This document shows positions 60,392 through 64,000 of a stretch of 64,000 nucleotides of DNA, piece after piece. This DNA comes from a virus. The notes beneath the pieces were generated by a model that saw only the letters and a program-made list of their open reading frames with translations, was not told where the DNA came from and searched no databases. The stretch's first letter is position 1; every line of letters starts with the position of its first letter. The DNA lies in the IMG/VR virus record IMGVR_UViG_3300044511_000233, positions 1 through 64,000 of that record; one strand, given 5' to 3'. The position numbers and the translations under genes are program-made.

Positions 60392-62086
60392 TTATCGTTG
60401 AAGAACTGCATATGCAATATCCCAATTTAGTGTAGCACCTCCCGTTCCTGCGCTTGGGTATTCTACTGCAAGAATAACGTGAGTGGTTGTAGTTCCAACG
60501 GAAAAACATACTCCAACAGGATTGATAGTATCCCCTGCCAAATAAGAGTATTTTGCGCGAGCATCCCCTCCTGCCGTGGGTCGCACACAATAAAGGACTT
60601 GAGGGGGTCTCGTAAACGTTTTACCAAATGGAATGTACTTTACGTAACGATAATAGGCGGTTGAACCGAATATCCTAACGCTCCAACCGCTCCAACCGGA
60701 AAATACATTATACGTAGCAACTACAGTAGCTGCACCGACACCCTCAAATGCCCAACTCCCGTCAAGAGAGGCCACCCCAGTCATATAAACTCCATTATAC
60801 TTATCAGAAAATCCATCAAAAGCTATACCCGTAAGAGGAGCAGATGTTATATCGTATCCAGGTCGAGAGACCTTAAAGGTCGTAGAAGATACAGCTACAC
60901 GTTGAACCATTTTTTCGGATCCCCTAGACTAAAGACTGACGAAATAAACTATAATGAATTGTAATATTACCCATTGTTAACGTTGAGGTTGGATATTGCA
61001 AACCAACAGTTCCATTCGGATATCGAGTATCAAGATCAGGAGTTGGTCCTGCCCACTCTATTCGAAATGTTATATAGATATAAGTCGCATCAATAAGTAT
61101 ACGAGGAACTGGGACACCCGCGGCATTTTTTAACACACTAATATTAGCGAGCGGAACAAATCCTAACCCATGTGCGATAGTGGTTTGATACAGTGCCCAC
61201 CCATTTACATATAATGAAGCTCCATAGATCTCATCTGTATAACGATAGCTCGGAACTCCGTTTGTCCAATTGAGAACCTTCACTACAGCCCCTGGTTCAG
61301 CATAACTTATTAAGCTCAAAAGAACTGGGGTCATACTTCCTTGCAGGATGGGTTGGGTATTAATCCTATCAGTATCAACTAAATAGTCATCAAAATTCAT
61401 TGACGATGAAACATCTTTTGTCGCCTTTGTCACCCATAACCCTGTGCTGGAACCCTTCTTTCCAAGAATTACCCGAGCGACCATTAGAATGCCCTCACGC
61501 CATACACGATGTATCTTACAGTTGCTGTCAGTTGTGTATAGAGGTATAGAGAGGTTGTTGCGATATTGACTTGAAATAGGGGCATTGTAGCTTCCGTCTG
61601 AACATACGCAAAATTTATATAATCAGTATAGCTAGCTCCATTAGGTGGAGTCCTTGCCCGATAACGATAAAAATACCCAAGAGGGGTCATTCCTCCCTCG
61701 TACAACAGATCATCAAGAACCCCCGCAATTCTATAAAAGGTCCCAGGAGACCCCCCATATGTAGAAATACTCGTTGTACCAAATCCCATAGCAGCGATAG
61801 CGGAGCTTGTCTGATACAGCTCCCACCTCGATTCTCCGTTACGTAAAATGAAAATTTCAACAAAAGGAATATACCCAGAGCCAAGAGCAGCAAAAGGTAT
61901 CGTTACGGAACTACCGGATAGATTAACCACGCCAGTTAAATAAAGAGGGAGCATGGAGGGCCAATCTGAATTAAACACCATCCTCTCATTATCGACAGGA
62001 TTTGACGCAACATCATATCCCGGCTCACTCACACGAAGCCCGTAATGTCCATCAGGAAACTTGCCGAGTAGAACCCTCTGCATCAC
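60392..62086 (-). other. Three tandem paralog-like tail-tip proteins (60392-60910, 60924-61484, 61484-62086)
   Basis: Shared N-terminal RV..G....GL.VS.PGYD(V/I) module. Confidence 0.7.
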
Positions 62087-64000
62087 TTAATCCGAGATTG
62101 TGAGAGTTGCGTTCGTGAAATTGATCACGAACTTATTATCGGCCGATTTCGCGATGCCGGCAGTGACCGTTCCCAGGTCAGCAACGATCGCCGACAGCTC
62201 ATTGACATCTAATGCTTGAGCTGTGATCGAACCGTCAAGAACAAGATCACCATGGATGCCTACTGAAGCAAGACCCCCATGAGTCCCGACCGCAAAAACA
62301 GGTTTACGAGCAACCGGATTTAGAGAGTCATAGGCCGGGATCACGGAGAATGTATTAGCCTGCACAACAAAATCGGACGTAACTCCGCCCGGAGAGCTGA
62401 ACTGATTAAGCCCGAAGCCCGCGATCACTTGATAGGGTGGGTCAACTCCAGGAGCCTGCTGGGTCTGAATCTGAACATACCATGTTCCCTCGATAGTCTG
62501 CTTAATGGCGTCAATGTCGACGGAGATTGTTTGAGTGATAATACCGGCTAGTTGCCCCATCTGCGCAGTGACGTAAGTCTTATACTCAGCAAACGCTCGA
62601 CTTGAATCGAGGATACTCTTTTGAGTTTCCACAACACCAGCTAGAGCCTGTTCTGCTTTCTTCACAGCACCGGCAGTATCAATTCGATTGATGAGGTCGG
62701 TAAGCTCAGTCTCATCTCGGAAAATTGGAGTCGAAAGATCCTGAGAAAGATTGTCAAACGAGATAGTGTGAGGGTCTAGCCCAAAACCCTTGCCACTGAA
62801 CTCACTAGAGTAGCTGATAGTTTTATCAAAAGTGTCGTAGAAGCCTACTCTTACATAAAGTGTCTCGCCATCCTTAATAGGAGTCCGGCACGTTACATTA
62901 GGCCCGTCATAAATCAGGTTAGCGCTATCGGGCGTGAACCCACTCGCGGGTGATGCATGCACTTTAGCCCCGGCCCAGTCTCTAACGAGCGTAGGTTTAA
63001 TCCAGGTAATATCGAGAAGAAATAGATGAGCATCAAGAGAAAGAGTCCCAGGGGGGGAGGGGGGTGGATTCGATACGATGAGAGCAACCGGATCAGACAT
63101 ACTGTCGGTTGCGTCAACAGCCCGAATTTCCACTCTAAACGCTCGTGAAGCTGCTCCCCCAAAATCAAACTTGTTCGATTCAAAATCGTAAGTAAATTGA
63201 AGTTCCTTAGTATCAAACTGGCGCTTAATATCACCCGTGCCCTGATCGACAACTCTGACGTGATAATGATCAAAGTATGTGTCTAGGGAAGCGTCCCACG
63301 CGAAATGGGGGGACAACGTGTCAAATTCAGTCGGCGAAGCCCCGTCAATGAGGTGAAGGTTCGTTGCAGGTTGAACCTCTCGTATATCCCCACTCACCAT
63401 ATGCTCAATAGAAACAGGTAAACTCTCTCGACCAGTAAGTGAAACCGCCACAACGGTTAGAATGTATTCACCAAGCTGCACATTATCGATGCGGAAGAAG
63501 GTGTCACGAACTTCTCCTACATTGATCGGAGCTCCCCCGTTGAGTTGCGAATAAATCCGATAGAAACGAAATAATGGCGTCGTGGTTGCTACCCACGACA
63601 ACTCCAAAGAGTGTTGCCCAGGTGCAGGGGTGCGAGCTCGAACTGTAAGACCAGATATGGGATTGATCTGCTGCGTTACATTCCCCGAACTTGACGTCGG
63701 TGGAGGAATATATACGCCATCTACAAAAGCCCATTTGTTTCGATTGACCTCGAGAGCTGACACAAGGATATTGTCAGGATCGCCGTCCGCTTCATCAATG
63801 GCTGTGATGCGGTAAGCTTTTGGAACTCCGACTGTATCCAGACACTCGATCGAGAATACGGCTTGGTCAGGTAGATCAACCCCGGTGAGCGGTGTTTGAA
63901 GGTTCAGCACGGTGGTGCTGCCCGACCCTGTAATCAATGGAACAGAGACAGGCACTCCCGACTTGGTCGTAATTGATAGAACGTAATTGAACCCGGCCTC
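62087..64000 (-). CDS. Central tail fibre / TipJ-like host-specificity protein (partial)
   Basis: YRI.AI.E, FN3-like repeats, coiled coil, C-terminal GSITA..L.V..LSAI.ADLG.VTAG. The frame continues beyond the window. Confidence 0.88.
   Translation of the reverse strand, partial: EAGFNYVLSITTKSGVPVSVPLITGSGSTTVLNLQTPLTGVDLPDQAVFSIECLDTVGVPKAYRITAIDEADGDPDNILVSALEVNRNKWAFVDGVYIPPPTSSSGNVTQQINPISGLTVRARTPAPGQHSLELSWVATTTPLFRFYRIYSQLNGGAPINVGEVRDTFFRIDNVQLGEYILTVVAVSLTGRESLPVSIEHMVSGDIREVQPATNLHLIDGASPTEFDTLSPHFAWDASLDTYFDHYHVRVVDQGTGDIKRQFDTKELQFTYDFESNKFDFGGAASRAFRVEIRAVDATDSMSDPVALIVSNPPPSPPGTLSLDAHLFLLDITWIKPTLVRDWAGAKVHASPASGFTPDSANLIYDGPNVTCRTPIKDGETLYVRVGFYDTFDKTISYSSEFSGKGFGLDPHTISFDNLSQDLSTPIFRDETELTDLINRIDTAGAVKKAEQALAGVVETQKSILDSSRAFAEYKTYVTAQMGQLAGIITQTISVDIDAIKQTIEGTWYVQIQTQQAPGVDPPYQVIAGFGLNQFSSPGGVTSDFVVQANTFSVIPAYDSLNPVARKPVFAVGTHGGLASVGIHGDLVLDGSITAQALDVNELSAIVADLGTVTAGIAKSADNKFVINFTNATLTISD

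Noticed and set aside
58228-64000. Diversity-generating retroelement acting on tail fibres
   Set aside because: No reverse transcriptase and no TR/VR pair seen.

Overview
This window is 64 kb of a temperate tailed phage (siphovirus-like), probably infecting Alphaproteobacteria (Hyphomicrobiales inferred from the GcrA-like gene, IS5 type and tRNA fragment). It appears to be in the excised/attP configuration: phage genes lie on both sides of the att core and no host DNA is visible. Layout: 1-14.1 kb (-) packaging/head operon, including GpA-type terminase, portal, a fibre/esterase/adhesin insert, protease-scaffold, decoration protein, MCP, adaptors and three HNH-AP2 endonucleases. 14.2-17.2 kb (+) small gene and Prim-Pol/D5 primase-helicase. 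17.2-20.4 kb repeat-rich control region with a possible terminus and origin. 20.4-35 kb (+) small early genes punctuated by repeats and terminators, with a NUDIX moron and IS5 nested in a dead PNK-phosphatase gene. 35.1-37.1 kb xis-int-attP-repressor. 37-55.4 kb (+) replication and nucleotide metabolism genes. 55.4-64 kb (-) lysis and tail-tip genes. The tail tube and tape measure genes lie outside the window. The most unusual signals are (1) an attP core that copies the 5' half of tRNA-Pro(UGG) rather than the 3' half, (2) a genome-wide GTCTCT-N3-AGAGAC palindrome at gene boundaries, (3) a polarised GCYCACAGCC box/terminator cassette architecture in the early region, (4) a TTGCCA-N2-TGGCAA operator with structured leaders, and (5) an unannotated 59-aa RHH-like gene with a perfect 20-bp palindrome heading the lysis cassette. 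All protein calls come from motif recognition by eye; no database searches were run.
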